Below are positions 43,193-55,108 of a DNA stretch of 64,000 nt, in pieces. Positions within the stretch are counted from its first letter, which is position 1; every line of letters starts with the position of its first letter. The position numbers and the translations under genes were made by a program. The notes beneath the pieces were generated by a model. That model was not told the DNA's origin and made no database searches. It was given only the letters and a program-made list of their open reading frames with translations. The stretch is from the human T2T-CHM13v2.0 reference genome, Homo sapiens, in assembly GCF_009914755.1 (NCBI RefSeq), contig NC_060926.1. One strand, 5' to 3'.

Positions 43193-44072
43193 TATGATTC
43201 TACGAGCTACATGTTTGCACCAGGGAAAAGTTATAAGAAAATGCAGAAAAAAAAAAATGGCTAAAGATGCCCCTTCTTTAGATGTTCAGGACAGAGGACT
43301 TTGTCTTGATGTGGTTGGTAAGAAATTATTCAATTGTGAAATATGTAAAATTCTGGTACTTGAATGATTAGATATCTCTATTTTTACTTTGATGATGGAG
43401 ATATACATTTGAACACTCTTAGCTCAAAGAATTATGATCATGCCTACAATCACATATAAATATATTATATGTAAAATATTATACATACACACCACACTAC
43501 ACTCTATCCAGGCAAAATATGCCTCTCTAGAGAGATCATTAAGCTTATTAAATATGCATTTTCTAGCAAGTTAGTGCAAGCAAAATACAAGCTGTTGCTC
43601 CACATAGATTTCCAAAGTTGCTCAATAGTTTAATGGGCATCAGGCTACAAATAATAAACCTTAAGACTTGGTTATTATAAAGAGGATTAAGAACGTTTGC
43701 TCCATGGTATCTCCCCAATTTTAATTTCTGTGGCAATGGTCAGTTACAAGCTGCCATGTCTGCACTTTTTTGTTGAAGCATAACCTTATAACTGAACCCA
43801 TCTGTCCTGGGATGCCTATATGGTGTTTGATAATATCTTGGCTGGACACAGCTATTCTTATCCTATTTATGTACTTTTCAAATGACCATTAGAAATACTT
43901 GTCCAAGGAAAACCCATGAGATTTCTTAATTGTGCATGCTGCCCCACTCTAAAGTCACCACATGTGGAAATATAGCTTAGGTTGTATATTTAATAGAGCT
44001 TAATATGACTGCTTTTGTTATGTTTGTCATGGATATGATGTTCCAAGCTGTAGATCTTCATCATCCCTAGTT

Positions 44073-44227
44073 CTATGTATCTATGTATCTATCTATCTAT
44101 CTACCTATCATCTATCTATCCATCTTTGTATCTACCTACCTATGACTTATCTACATGTCTTTCTACCTACCTATGTCTATCTACCTATTTTACCATCTAT
44201 CTGTCTGCCTGTTCATTTACCTAGCTG

Positions 44228-44270
<43 letters not shown>

Positions 44271-44543
44271 GTCTATCATCTATCTATCCTATTCTATATT
44301 TCCTATTCTATCTGTCTATCTACCTATCTATCATCTATCTATCCTATTCTATATTTCCTATTCTATGTGTCCTATTCTATATTTCCTATTCTATCTATCT
44401 ATCTATCATCTATCCTATTCTATATTTCCTATTCTTTCTATCTGTCTGTCTATCTATCTATCTATCTATCTATCTACCTATCATCTATCTATCCTATTCT
44501 ATATTTCCTATTCTTTCTATGTGTCCTATTCTATATTTCCTAT

Positions 44544-44585
<42 letters not shown>

Positions 44586-44610
44586 ATCTATCCTATTCTA
44601 TATTTCCTAT

Positions 44611-44654
<44 letters not shown>

Positions 44655-44735
44655 CCTACCTACCTATCTAGCTATCTATTTATCTATCTATCATCTATCT
44701 ATCATCATCATCATGATTACCTGTCTATCTTCTTT
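44073..44735. repeat. Compound (TCTA)n tetranucleotide array with interspersed tcctattctatatt units
   Basis: Multiple tcta runs alternating with atcctattctatatttcctattc blocks. Confidence 0.95.
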
Positions 44736-45294
44736 CTAAACTTGACAAGTTGACAAGTTGACAAGAGATATAAGTTGACAAGAGATATAATATTTTCTTG
44801 TGACAGATAATACTGGTTTTGGACAGGCAGTTCTTCTCACACAGTAATCTAGTGAAAAGCAAAAAAAAAAATCCATGTGTTTCAGATGGAAATGGGGTAG
44901 AATCTTACAGGAAAGGTGTCTTGAGGACAAGTTCAAAATATCCATTGTGCTTCCTCCTTCTAGAGTCTGTGTTCTCTAATTCAGTATCTCCATTCCATCT
45001 GTCTGCAGCCCGTGGCTCTGTGTGAGCAGGAAGGGGTCCTCAGGGCCATGAGGATGCCTCATGTGGCTGGGACACTGGTTGTGCCCAGTCCAGTTTCTAA
45101 CCAGAGGTGTATGGCAGAGTGCCGGGCACAGGGAGGGGTGCTGCATGTCACAACAAGCACCTGCTCCATTGAGATAGGGTTCACTGGGCGCGTGGCTTGA
45201 GTGTGAGGCCATGAGATGTGAGTGCATGTCTATCCATCTATCATCTATGCACCTGTCATCTCATCTACCATCCATCTACTCTGTTATCTTTTTT

Positions 45295-45540
45295 TGAAAG
45301 TTTAAAAAAATTTTCAATAGTTCTTGGGGTATGAGTGGTTTTGGTTACGTGCATTAAGTTCTTTCATGCTGATTTCTGGGATTTTAGTGGACCTGTTATC
45401 TAAGCAGTATATGCTGTACCCAATATGTAGTCTTTTATCCCTCCCCCTCCCCCACTCTCCCAACCTCCTGCTCAGAGTTCCCAAAGCTCATTAGATTGTT
45501 CTTACGCCTTTGCGTCTTCATAGCTTAGCTCCCACTCACC
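45295..45540 (-). mobile_element. L1PB-like 3' end, inserted in TCTA-rich sequence
   Basis: tcaatagttcttggggtatgagtggttttggttac...tgtacccaatatgtagtcttttatccctc...cttacgcctttgcgtcttcatagcttagctcccact. Confidence 0.85.
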
Positions 45541-45574
45541 TACCTCTGTCATCTTTCTATCAATCTTCCCCACT

Positions 45575-45617
45575 CTATCATCTCTCCCTCTCCCCATCTA
45601 TCAATCACCTATCATCC

Positions 45618-45649
<32 letters not shown>

Positions 45650-45716
45650 ATCATCTATCAGCTGTCATCTATCTATCGTTATCATCTATAATCTATCAAT
45701 CTATCTGTCATCTATG
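45575..45716. repeat. Degenerate (TCTA)n repeat
   Basis: Interrupted tcta/tca runs. Confidence 0.8.
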
Positions 45717-46226
45717 AATTACAGAGGTGCAGCAGTGGGCAGCTCTTCCTTCCTCCTTGGCACCAGCTTCTGAGATGAAGGTCGCCGAGCATTTATTTCT
45801 CTCTGCTGATTCCTCAGAAGCCTCCCAGTCTCCAGGGAGCACCAGAGAAAAATCATCCTGCAGTGCACACCTGGCACACAATAGGTCCTCAGTGTGTTAT
45901 TTATTTTTTGTTTTTGTTTTAATGACCATATCACTCATTTAAGGTGAACGACGAGCTGTTTTGCTGAAAAGGCTTCAACCCATTTCCAGCTGGGCCCCAA
46001 GCAGGGAGTGTCTGATAAGGCAGAGGGAAGCTCACGCATGCCCCCAATGCTTCCCCTCCTTGCCCAGTGGAAAATGCATGCGTTTTTGCTGGAGTGTCTT
46101 CAAATGCAGCCATGCCTGGTCACTGCACTTGTCGCTAAGGTCTGAGTTGCAGAACATTTTTTTTTTCTGTTTTAGAGAAATGCAATATTGCTTCCTTCAT
46201 GTCTGCGCAGAAAACTTGCTGAGGGA

Positions 46227-46481
46227 GCTGGAGGAAGAGGAGGTGGCTACTGCAGATGGAACCCAGACAGCTGGAGGACGAGGATGTGGCCACTGCAGAT
46301 GGAACCCAGAGAGCCGGAGGATGAGGAGGTGGCTACTGCAGATGGAACCCAGAGAACCAGAGGAAGAGGAGGTGGCCACTGCAGATGGAAACCAGGGAGT
46401 TGGAGGATGAGGATGTGGCCACTGCAGATGGAACCCAGGGAGCGGGAGGACGAGGATGTGGCCACTGCAGATGGAACCCAG
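46227..46481. repeat. Minisatellite, 43-bp unit x6
   Basis: gctggagga(a/c/t)gagga(g/t)gtggc(t/c)actgcagatggaacccaga; CAGATG at 46253, 46296, 46339, 46382, 46425, 46468. Confidence 0.95.
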
Positions 46482-46703
46482 ATAGGGTTGCTTTATCACT
46501 ACAGGTGTTAGGTGACTCATTTGTCATAGGAAAGGGCTCATCAGATCCTCAAGCGGCCTCAGCTGTTTTCTGGAATCGGGGGGCCTTGAAGAGGTGTCTC
46601 AGGGTCCTCTGGGCAAGCTGGCCAGGGCTCCAGGAGCTGCTGCCCTCCGTCAGAGCCGCTCTGTGCTGCCTGCTTTCTACACTCGTGATCCCGGTTCCAT
46701 GGG

Positions 46704-46945
46704 GGCTGTTCACTGTGAGAGGTGGGGGCTCAGCCGGCCCACCCGACTGCAGAGGCCCCTTCTTCTAGGATTCTCCGGCCCACCCAACTGCAGAGGCCCC
46801 TTCTTCTAGGATTCTCTGGCCCAACCGACTGCAGAGGCCCCTTCTTCTAGGATTCTCTGGTTTTCCGGCTGTTCACTATGCTATGAGAGGTGGGGGCTCA
46901 GCCGGCCCACCCGACTGCAGAGGCCCCTCATTCTAGGATTCTCTG
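46704..46945. repeat. Nested tandem repeat (~41-bp unit x3 within a longer duplication)
   Basis: ggcccacccgactgcagaggccccttcttctaggattctc repeated; ggctgttcact..gagaggtgggggctcagcc occurs twice. Confidence 0.85.
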
Positions 46946-47343
46946 TAGGATTCCCCAGTGTTTCCTTCAACAGCTCTTATTGCAAGGGGCTTCCTCTTGG
47001 ATTTCATTTGGAAATAGGTCAGTCTCATAAATTATAAAACATCAGTCACAAAAAAGAATCGGTGGGGAGCTTGAATCCCTCTGGGGATGTCAGCGTCTTG
47101 GTGTTTGATAAATGCTAATAGAATGCATGATGACATCAACAATCAATAGGTGTCAGATCATCTCATAGCTGTGAAAAAAAACAAAATGAAACCTGCCACG
47201 AGAAGGCTGGACACAATGTTAAGGTGGAGAGTTTGAGAAGCCATGCGGATCTGCTCTTTCCAGATCATGCTCCTGGGCTTCCTGGTCCACGTGCCTTAAG
47301 ATACAGCCAGGAACGAACATCTGCTCCTTCGGAGAAGACCAAA

Positions 47344-47457
47344 CTCAGACCGTCTGGATGTGAAAGTCCCTCCTGGAGAGCGGAGACAGGCCTGTGACCT
47401 CTCAGACCGTCTGGATGTGAAAGTCCCTCCTGGAGAGTAGAGACAGGGCTGTGACTT
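47344..47457. repeat. Tandem duplication, 57-bp unit x2
   Basis: ctcagaccgtctggatgtgaaagtccctcctggagag at 47344 and 47401. Confidence 0.9.
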
Positions 47458-48668
47458 CAGGGGTCACAGTCCAGCATCTGGTACATCTGGGCACTCAGAG
47501 AAGCATCTGATTGGCTGGCATGGATTTGTGGACATGAGATGTTTTCTTATGCCTCCGTGCCTTCATGCAAGGTCCTCCCTCAGCCTGGAATCCCACACAC
47601 CTCCTCCCAGTCAATTCTATAGCTCCTTCAAAGGTCAGCAGGAGGGTCTCCTCCCTTGGGAAGCCCCTGGCTACCTGCAGAGAATGGAGCTATGCCCCCG
47701 CTCCATCCCTCTGCCCCTCACACACCTCCTTTACAGCTCTCAGTGCACCATGACACATTTGTGCTCAGATAGAGATGCTGCACATTCTTTGAATCAGCTC
47801 TCTTCCCGCATGGGACACGGTCCTCTGTCCACAGTGCAGCCACATACGGTGTGGAGGCCATGAATATTAGGATGTAATCAAGAGGGCTTCCATGAAGGCA
47901 AAGCCATCATATCTTATTATGAATTATACATTTAGATAGAAGAAGACCTAGTGCCATCCATTGGCATGCAGCAAATGATCTTATTTATATATTTTCAGTC
48001 ATTTGTCCTACTATTTATTATCTTTTTATTTCATAGGTAGTAACATTTTCCAGGAAGCATTTAAAGACTGGCCCCCATGAGCTGTATTGTAAGATGGAGC
48101 ACACGGGAGATGAAACCTCAGAGGATTTATCTGTCTTCTGGGGAGCTGGTACAATCTACCTGGGAAGAAATTGTCTACACAGGCAGAAACTGTACAGCAG
48201 TGGAAAGACGACATACAAGGCTTTACATGCAGAAAAAGGATATGGCCTCTGAGGAAAAGTGATGATTCCTTGTGTAAAGTAAAACATCACATGGCAACTG
48301 AAGAATGCAGAATGTGGACTAGACCTGGAAGAATCCTGGTGCTCATCCGCACTTTACACACATGAAAATACCAAGGACAGGGCGGGGGACGGTGAAGCCC
48401 CTTGTCCCAGGCCCTACTTCTAGCTAAAGCCAAAGCTGGGACTAAATAAAAGTATTCTAACTTCCAGTTTTTTCAAAATGTCAAGTTTGAAATTTTTGTG
48501 TCCAAGCCATTTATTAAATTAAAGTCAACGTGCTTAGTGTAATGCATTTGTAAGTGGCATGAAGGAAAATAAGACTGATACTGCCAATATTCTGTTTGCC
48601 ATCCCAGACTCGTCTTAGTCTCCTGCTGAGTGTTTCAGCCACATTAGCAGAGGTCGCACGGGAAAACC

Positions 48669-48940
48669 TCACCTGCAGCTCAGGAGGCTTCTCCAGGATG
48701 CCCATGTCCCTGGGCTTCTCCCACAATGCATCACCTCCCTGGACCCTTCCTTGCATGTCACCTGCAGCTAGAGGCTTCTCTCGGGTGCTCATGTCCCTGG
48801 GGCTTCTCTCACAATGCACCTGCCTCCCTGGACCCTTCCTTGCATGTCACCTGCAGCTCAGAGGCTTCTCTGGGTGCTCATGTCCCTGGGGCTTCTCCCG
48901 CAGTGCACCCGCCTCCCTGGACCCTCCTGTGCATGTCCCT
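48669..48940. repeat. Minisatellite, 89-bp unit x~3
   Basis: tcacctgcagct..ggcttctc..catgtccctggg..cctccctggacc..tgcatg at 48669, 48758, 48847. Confidence 0.9.
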
Positions 48941-49217
48941 GAACTTCCAGTGCATGTGTGCATCTGTGACTGTCCATGTTGCACAGATGACATCACACAT
49001 GCTGCCAAGGCAGGGAGCCATCTCCTTGTCCCTAAACACTGTTTCTGAAAGAGAGCTGTGCGTGCAGTTAGCACTCAACAATTAGTATCGCGGAATACAT
49101 TTTTAGCAATCTGTAGTATCATATCATCTTCTACCTGACCACAGTAGCCTGTGATCATTTCAAACCTGGCTGTATGTGATTCCCTACCAAATATTGTAAT
49201 TTCTGAAATAAAACAGC

Positions 49218-49370
49218 TGGATGAGTTACCTGACAGGTACAATGTACAGTACGCAGGTGACGGTTACACTAAAAGCCAGACTTCACCACCATGCAATGTA
49301 TCCGTGTCACAAAACCACACTTGTGCCCCTCAATCTATAAAATTAAACAAAAATAAAAATTTAAAAAAGG
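49218..49370 (+). mobile_element. L1 (L1PB/L1MA) 3' end fragment
   Basis: ggtacaatgtacagtacgcaggtgacggttacactaaaagccagacttcaccaccatgcaatgtatccgtgtcacaaaaccacacttgtgcccc followed by an A-rich tail. Confidence 0.8.
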
Positions 49371-49859
49371 TATTGACTTGGAAGTCCAGCCCACTATTTA
49401 CCCACTCCTTCTTGGTCTCACTGAACATTCCCAGGCATGCAAGATCACCTGTGCCACAGTGAGCTGTATCTGTCCCTGGTTAGCCTGTGTGTCTCTAGAA
49501 GGCAGGGCTGGTGTCTAAAGCAGTTCTTGCTCAGAACTGACAGCACCTTTGCCTGGCTGTGCATAAGACGCGTGTGCTGGGCCTCTGCCATCGGGCTTCG
49601 TGCACCCACACTGGCAGGTTAGAGGTAGGCAGAAAAATATGAAAGGACTCCCAGGCTCTTGCTACACAAACTCTTTTAATAGCCACTTCAGGCCTAAATG
49701 TCTATGATTTTAAAATTGAAAGGCACTTTTATACAATGATCCAGACCTAGAACTTGAGTACAGGCAGGCCTCGGAGACGTGGTTCCAAACACTGCAATGA
49801 AGTGAACACTGCAATCAAGCAACTCACACAGATGTTTTGGTTTCCCAGCACAATATAAA

Positions 49860-50130
49860 GGAAGCTGAGTAATGGGTACAAATATACGGTTTGACAGAAA
49901 AAATATGAACTAAGGTTAGATAGGTCAGTAGGGTGACTGTAGTTTACAATAATGTATTGTGTATTTCAAAATAGCTAGAAGAGAATAATTTGGATGTTTC
50001 TAGCATAAAGACAAATATTTAAGGTGATGTATATCCCAAGTACACTGACTTGATCTCCACGAATTACATGAATGTACTAAATTATCACATGTACTATGAA
50101 ACTACATACATCTATTACACATTAATAAGA
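49860..50130 (+). mobile_element. L1MA-like 3' end nested inside Tigger1
   Basis: taatgggtacaaatatac...gtagggtgactgtagtttacaataatgtattgtgtatttcaaaatagctagaagag...aaatatttaaggtgatgtatatccc...ttatcacatgtac. Confidence 0.85.
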
Positions 50131-50599
50131 TATGAATTGCATTGTCCATCATTCCTGTTAATTTTTAAGATATAAGGTTATAATGTACTAATACCTTGCA
50201 TGCATTTTTCTATTGCTAGAATGTTAATCTAAAGTAGACTGTGTCTATCACCAGTGTTTGCACAGTTCCTAACCCCAGAGAGGCACAAAAATCAATTGTT
50301 GAGTAGGTGTTTAAATAAATACATAAATATTTGACAAAAAGTTATGGAATATTAAATGTGAAATAGTGTTATGTCTAAAAATCAAAGTATATACCTTAAT
50401 TTAAAAATATTTTATTGCTAAAAAATGAGAACGATCAACCGAGCCTTCAGGGCGTCCTAATCTTTTTGCTGGCGGAGGGTCTTGCCTTGATGCTGATGGC
50501 TGCTGACTGATCTGAGTGGTGGTTGCTGAAGCCTGGGGTGGCTGTGGAAATTTCTTAAAATAAGACAAGGAAGTTTCTCACATCGATCGAGACTTCCTT

Positions 50600-52128
50600 T
50601 CAAGAAAGATTTCTCTGTAGCACATGGTGCTATTTGATAGCATTTTACCCACAGTAGAACTTCTTTCAAAATTGGAGTCAGTCCTCTCAAATCCTGCCAC
50701 TGCTTTATCACCTAGGTTTATGGAATATTCTAAATCCTATGTTGTCATTTCAACAATGTTCACAGCATCTTCACCAGGAGTTGATTTTATCTCAAGAAAC
50801 CACCTGCTTTGCTCAGCCCTAAGAAGCAACACTTCTAATTCCAGTTCTCTTGCTATTTCCACCACATCTGCAGTGACTTCCTCTGCTGAAGTCTTGAACC
50901 CCTCAAAGTCGTCCATGAGGGCTGCAATCAATGTATTCCAAATTCTTGTTAATGTTGACATTCTGATCTCCTGCCATGAATCACGAATGTACTTAATGGC
51001 AACTGGAATGGTGAATCCTTCCCATAAGATTTTCAATTTACTATGTCCAGGTCCATCAGAGGAATCACTCTCTATGGCAGATGTAGCCTCATGAAATATG
51101 TTTCTTAAATAATAAGGCTCGAAAGTCAAAATTAATCCTGACCCATGGGCTGCAGAATGGATGTTGTGTCTGCAGGCATAAAGCCAACATTCACCTCCTT
51201 GTGCATCTCCACCAGTGCTCTTGGGTGCCCAGGTGCATTGCCCATGAGCAGTAAGAAATGAAAGAAAATTTTTTTTCCCCCTTGGGAAGTAGGTCTCAAC
51301 AGTGGACTTAACATATTTACTAAACCATGCTGTAAACAAATGTGCTGTCATCCAGGCTTTGTTCTTTTATTTATAAAGCACAGGTGGAGTAGATTTAGTA
51401 TAATTCTTAAGGGCCTTAGAATTTTCAGAATGTAAATGAGCATAAGCTTCAGTTTAAAGTCACCAACTCCATTAGCTCAGAACAAGAGAGACAGCCTGTC
51501 CTTTGAAGCTTTGAACCCAGATATTGACTTTTCCTCTCCAGCTATGGAATTCCTAGATGCCATCTTCTTCCAATAGAAGGCTGTTTTGTCCACATTGAAG
51601 ATCTGTGATTTAGTGTAGCTACCTTCATTAATGATCTTAGCTAGAGGTTCTGAGTAACTTGCTATAGCTTCTCCATCAGCACTTGCTACTTTACCTTGTA
51701 CTTTTAAGTTATGGAGACAGATTCTTCCCTGAAACCTCATAAACCCACCTCTGCTAGTTTTACACTTTTCTTCTACATCTTCCTTGCCTTACCTTCACAG
51801 AACTGAAGAGAGTTACAGCCTTGTTCTGAGTAGCCTCTGGCTTTAGAGAATGCTGTGGCTGGTTTGATCTTCTATCTAGACTGCTCAAACTTACTCAGCA
51901 ATAGGCTCTCTCACTTTCTTATCATTTGTGTATTCCCTAAAGTAGCAATTTAATTTCCTCTAAGAACCTTCCCTTCACATTCACAAGTCGGCTGTTTGGC
52001 ACAAATGGCCTAACTTTTGGCCAATATTGGCTTTTGGCACGCCTTCCTCTCTAAGCTTAAGCATTTCCAGCTTTTGATTTAAAGTGAGAGATGTGTGACT
52101 CTTCTCTTCACTTGAACACTTAGAGGCC
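50600..52128 (-). pseudogene. Decayed Tigger1 transposase (pogo family, TIGD1-like; HTH plus DDE), frameshifted
   Basis: ORF fragments MASKCSSEEKSHTSLTLNQKLEMLKL..., [14 protein letters not shown]...[25 protein letters not shown]..., DFEGFKTSAEEVTADVVEIARELELEV lie in different frames. Confidence 0.92.
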
Positions 52129-53142
52129 ATTGTAGAGTTGTTAATTGGCCTAATTTCAATATTATTGTGTCTCAGGGAATAGGAAGGCCTGAGGAGCAGG
52201 GAGAGGTGGTGGACTGGCTGGTTGGCAGAGCAGTTGGAACACACAGCATTTACGGATTAAGTTTACTGTCTTACACGGGCGCGGTTCCTGGTGTCCCCAA
52301 ACAATCACAGTGGTACCATCAAAGATTACTGACCACAGACGCCATAACAGACATAACAATAATGAAAAGGTTTGAAATATTGCGAGAATTATTGAAACGT
52401 GGTACAGAGACACTGAGTGAGCACGTGCTGTTAGAAAAACGGCATTGATGGACTTGTATGGTCAGGGTTGCCACAAACCTTCAGTTTGTACAAATCAGAA
52501 CTTCACTGCAAACTGCAATAAAGCAACGTGCAATAAACAGGGTGTGCCTGTAATGGCGAAAGTTGCTCTAAGAAAACGCCTCCAAAATACTTTGAATTGT
52601 TTATTTTTATTCTTTGATCCAAAGAAAAACAAGGGTAAAATTTTCTACTTAAAAAAAATCTTAACTAGATTTATTTTGTGTTATTATACATTTTTAGATA
52701 CTATTTAAAAAACAACAGACTGCATTAAGGACCTAAGAATAATATAAATTTCAGGGCTTTGGGTACAAAGAGTGATCCTCAGAGCCCTCCTTATCTCCAG
52801 CCTGCACAGTTTCCCTGTCATGGAACACTCACTAAACAGGTGTCTGTGCTTCCGGAAAGGCTTCCAGAGGCAGGTCTGAGGTGTCTGGGACAAGGCCCCT
52901 GCTGACAAGGAGCTTGGGGTCACGGGCAAGGAAGACTGACAGCCGTGGGTACAGGAAATCGCCACAAGCAGCACTCACCAAGCAATCCTCACTGTTCTAG
53001 GAGAGCCATTCTCCATTTGCCTGGGGTGAAAATGGCTGTGAGAGCTCTCAAATCATCAGTGCCCAGAAAATTAAATTCACCAGAGTATTCCGGTCACCAG
53101 CAGCACTACTATGCACAGTTGGGGACTGTTCCCAAGACCCAG

Positions 53143-53547
53143 GGATCAGGCAGGGAAGAGGGGGACCCAGGCACTCTGTGACTTGCAGGGACCAGGCAGG
53201 GAAGAGGAGGACCCAGGCACTCTGTGACTTGCAGGGATCAGGCAGGGAAGAGGAGGACCCAGGCACTCTGTGACTTGCAGGGACCAGGCAGGGAAGAGGG
53301 GGACCCAGACTCTGTGACTTGCAAGGATCAGGCAGGGAAGAGGAGGACCCAGACTCTGTGACTTGCAGGGACCAGGCAGGGAAGAGGAGGACCCAGGCAC
53401 TCTGTGACTTGCAGGGACCAGGCAGGGAAGAGGAGGACCCAGACTCTGTGACTTGCAGGGACCAGGCAGGGAAGAGGAGGACTCAGACTCTGTGACTTGC
53501 AGGGACCAGGCAGGAAAGAGGAGGACCCAGGCACTCTGTGACTTGCA
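53143..53547. repeat. Minisatellite, 44/46-bp units x~9
   Basis: ggaccaggcagggaagaggaggacccag(gc)actctgtgacttgcag. Confidence 0.96.
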
Positions 53548-55029
53548 AAAGATGAACGCTTTGTTTGGAGGAACCTGGAGTTTATCAGGGATGGGGTAGG
53601 CTGGAGACAGAGGGGTCCCATCGCCCCTGCCCTGGCATGTCCCTTTTTCACACGCGGGAAGCCAGAGAAGAGAGTAGGCCATCCCTCTGCCTTTTGGCAT
53701 CATAGCTGGTGACTGGGCAGATGAAGGCCCCGCCATCATCCTGACCTTAAACCCAAGGCCTCACGAATGCATGTGGGCACCGCGGGCTGATTCAGGATTC
53801 AGGAGAGCCGGACAGGGGGATGCACAGATGCCCAGAGCTTGCTGCTGCTTTTCAGTGGCCCTGTCTGGGCAGCGGACAAGGGACTCAGGGAAAGGCTTTG
53901 CCTGGCATGCAGAGCAACTGCTCACAGATCCGAGGCTGCCAAGCACCCGTGTGAGACAGTTACGTGCCGGGTGGCCCTGTGAGGGCACCAGGACTGCCTG
54001 CTTCACGACGCCCTAGGGCCTGCACTGCGGCTCTGCCTGCTGGCTCTGGGGTCTGGCCACCTAGCTCCCCTTTCAGGCTCCTGTGCTGGGAACAAGAGGC
54101 CCTGACACCCCTAGAGGGGCATGAGATCAGTGCTTTCTAATTTCTGCCTGGCAGGAAGCATCACCTCTGCCTGGTGGCCTATTCCTTTATTCAGCTATGG
54201 CAAAAACCATGCCCAGGATTAGCCTGGGAGGCAGGGGGCTCCTCTAACGCTGAGTGAGCGAGATCATTCACAGGAAGAAACAGGCATCGCTTGACTTACT
54301 CACCACTCTTTCTTCCAGAATTTTCTAGCAAAGGCATTGTTAAATATAATGATCACTCCTTTAAAAACGATCGTTTTAAAAACAAGACAATTCCGGTTTT
54401 GAATAAGAAGGAAGCAATTTGAAAATCGTTATATTCTCTATGATCTACAGTAGGATAACAGGGACATCCTTTGATTCCATTGATGTGGGTGTAAACAGGT
54501 CTGATCTTCCTGGAGAGAGGCTCTTCTGGAAACAGAACCCTCCATGCCCTCCCCTCCCTCACCCCAGCAATTCTCCTCCTGGTCATTCATCCCAGGGAAG
54601 AAACGAAAAGACACAAACATTGTCTGCAAAGATACTTTTCCCACTTTATGCACAATATGGAGATGTTTTATGAAAACTAAATACATTTGAACAATAAAAG
54701 AATTGCATAAATAACATTACAGCCACAGGATGAAAGCCAGCCATGAAAATTAAAACTAAAACATTTAATGGGTATTTGGAAACAAGCTCATGTTATAATG
54801 TTAAGTGAAAAAAAAAAAGAATACAAAATACAAAAAAATTTACATCGATCATATGAGACTAATTCAGAAAAGAAGAGCAAAACTGTCTTAAAAAATCAGA
54901 GGAAAAATCTAGCAGTGGTTACCAATGCCCTGGACGAATGGCACATTGTGACTTTGAAACAATAGATTATTTTTTTTCTCACTTTTTAGCTAGATGTGTT
55001 GATACTGGGAAGCAACGACCACCAGTAAC

Positions 55030-55108
55030 TTTTTTTCTTTTTTAAAATTAATTTTATTTCATAGTTTTGGGGGTACAAGTGGCTTTTGGTTACACGGATG
55101 AATTGTGA
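55030..55108 (-). mobile_element. L1PB-like extreme 3' end fragment
   Basis: ttttatttcatagttttgggggtacaagtggcttttggttacacggatgaattg. Confidence 0.7.

Larger units (their letters stand above)
49761..52550 (-). mobile_element. Tigger1 (TcMar-Tigger DNA transposon), near full length, both termini and TA target duplication present
   Basis: ta|caggcaggcctcggag... at 49759 and ...ggtgtgcctg|ta at 52550 (TIR CAGGCATACC-like); internal transposase remnants. Confidence 0.95.

Noticed and set aside
44142-44753. ~200-aa YLSI-repeat ORFs
   Set aside because: Translation of (TCTA)n.
50600-52128. Possible functional TIGD1-like transposase gene
   Set aside because: Split by frameshifts, stops and deletions; a fossil Tigger1 copy.
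54364-54377. 14-bp palindrome aaaacgatcgtttt
   Set aside because: A few palindromes of this length are expected by chance in 64 kb.
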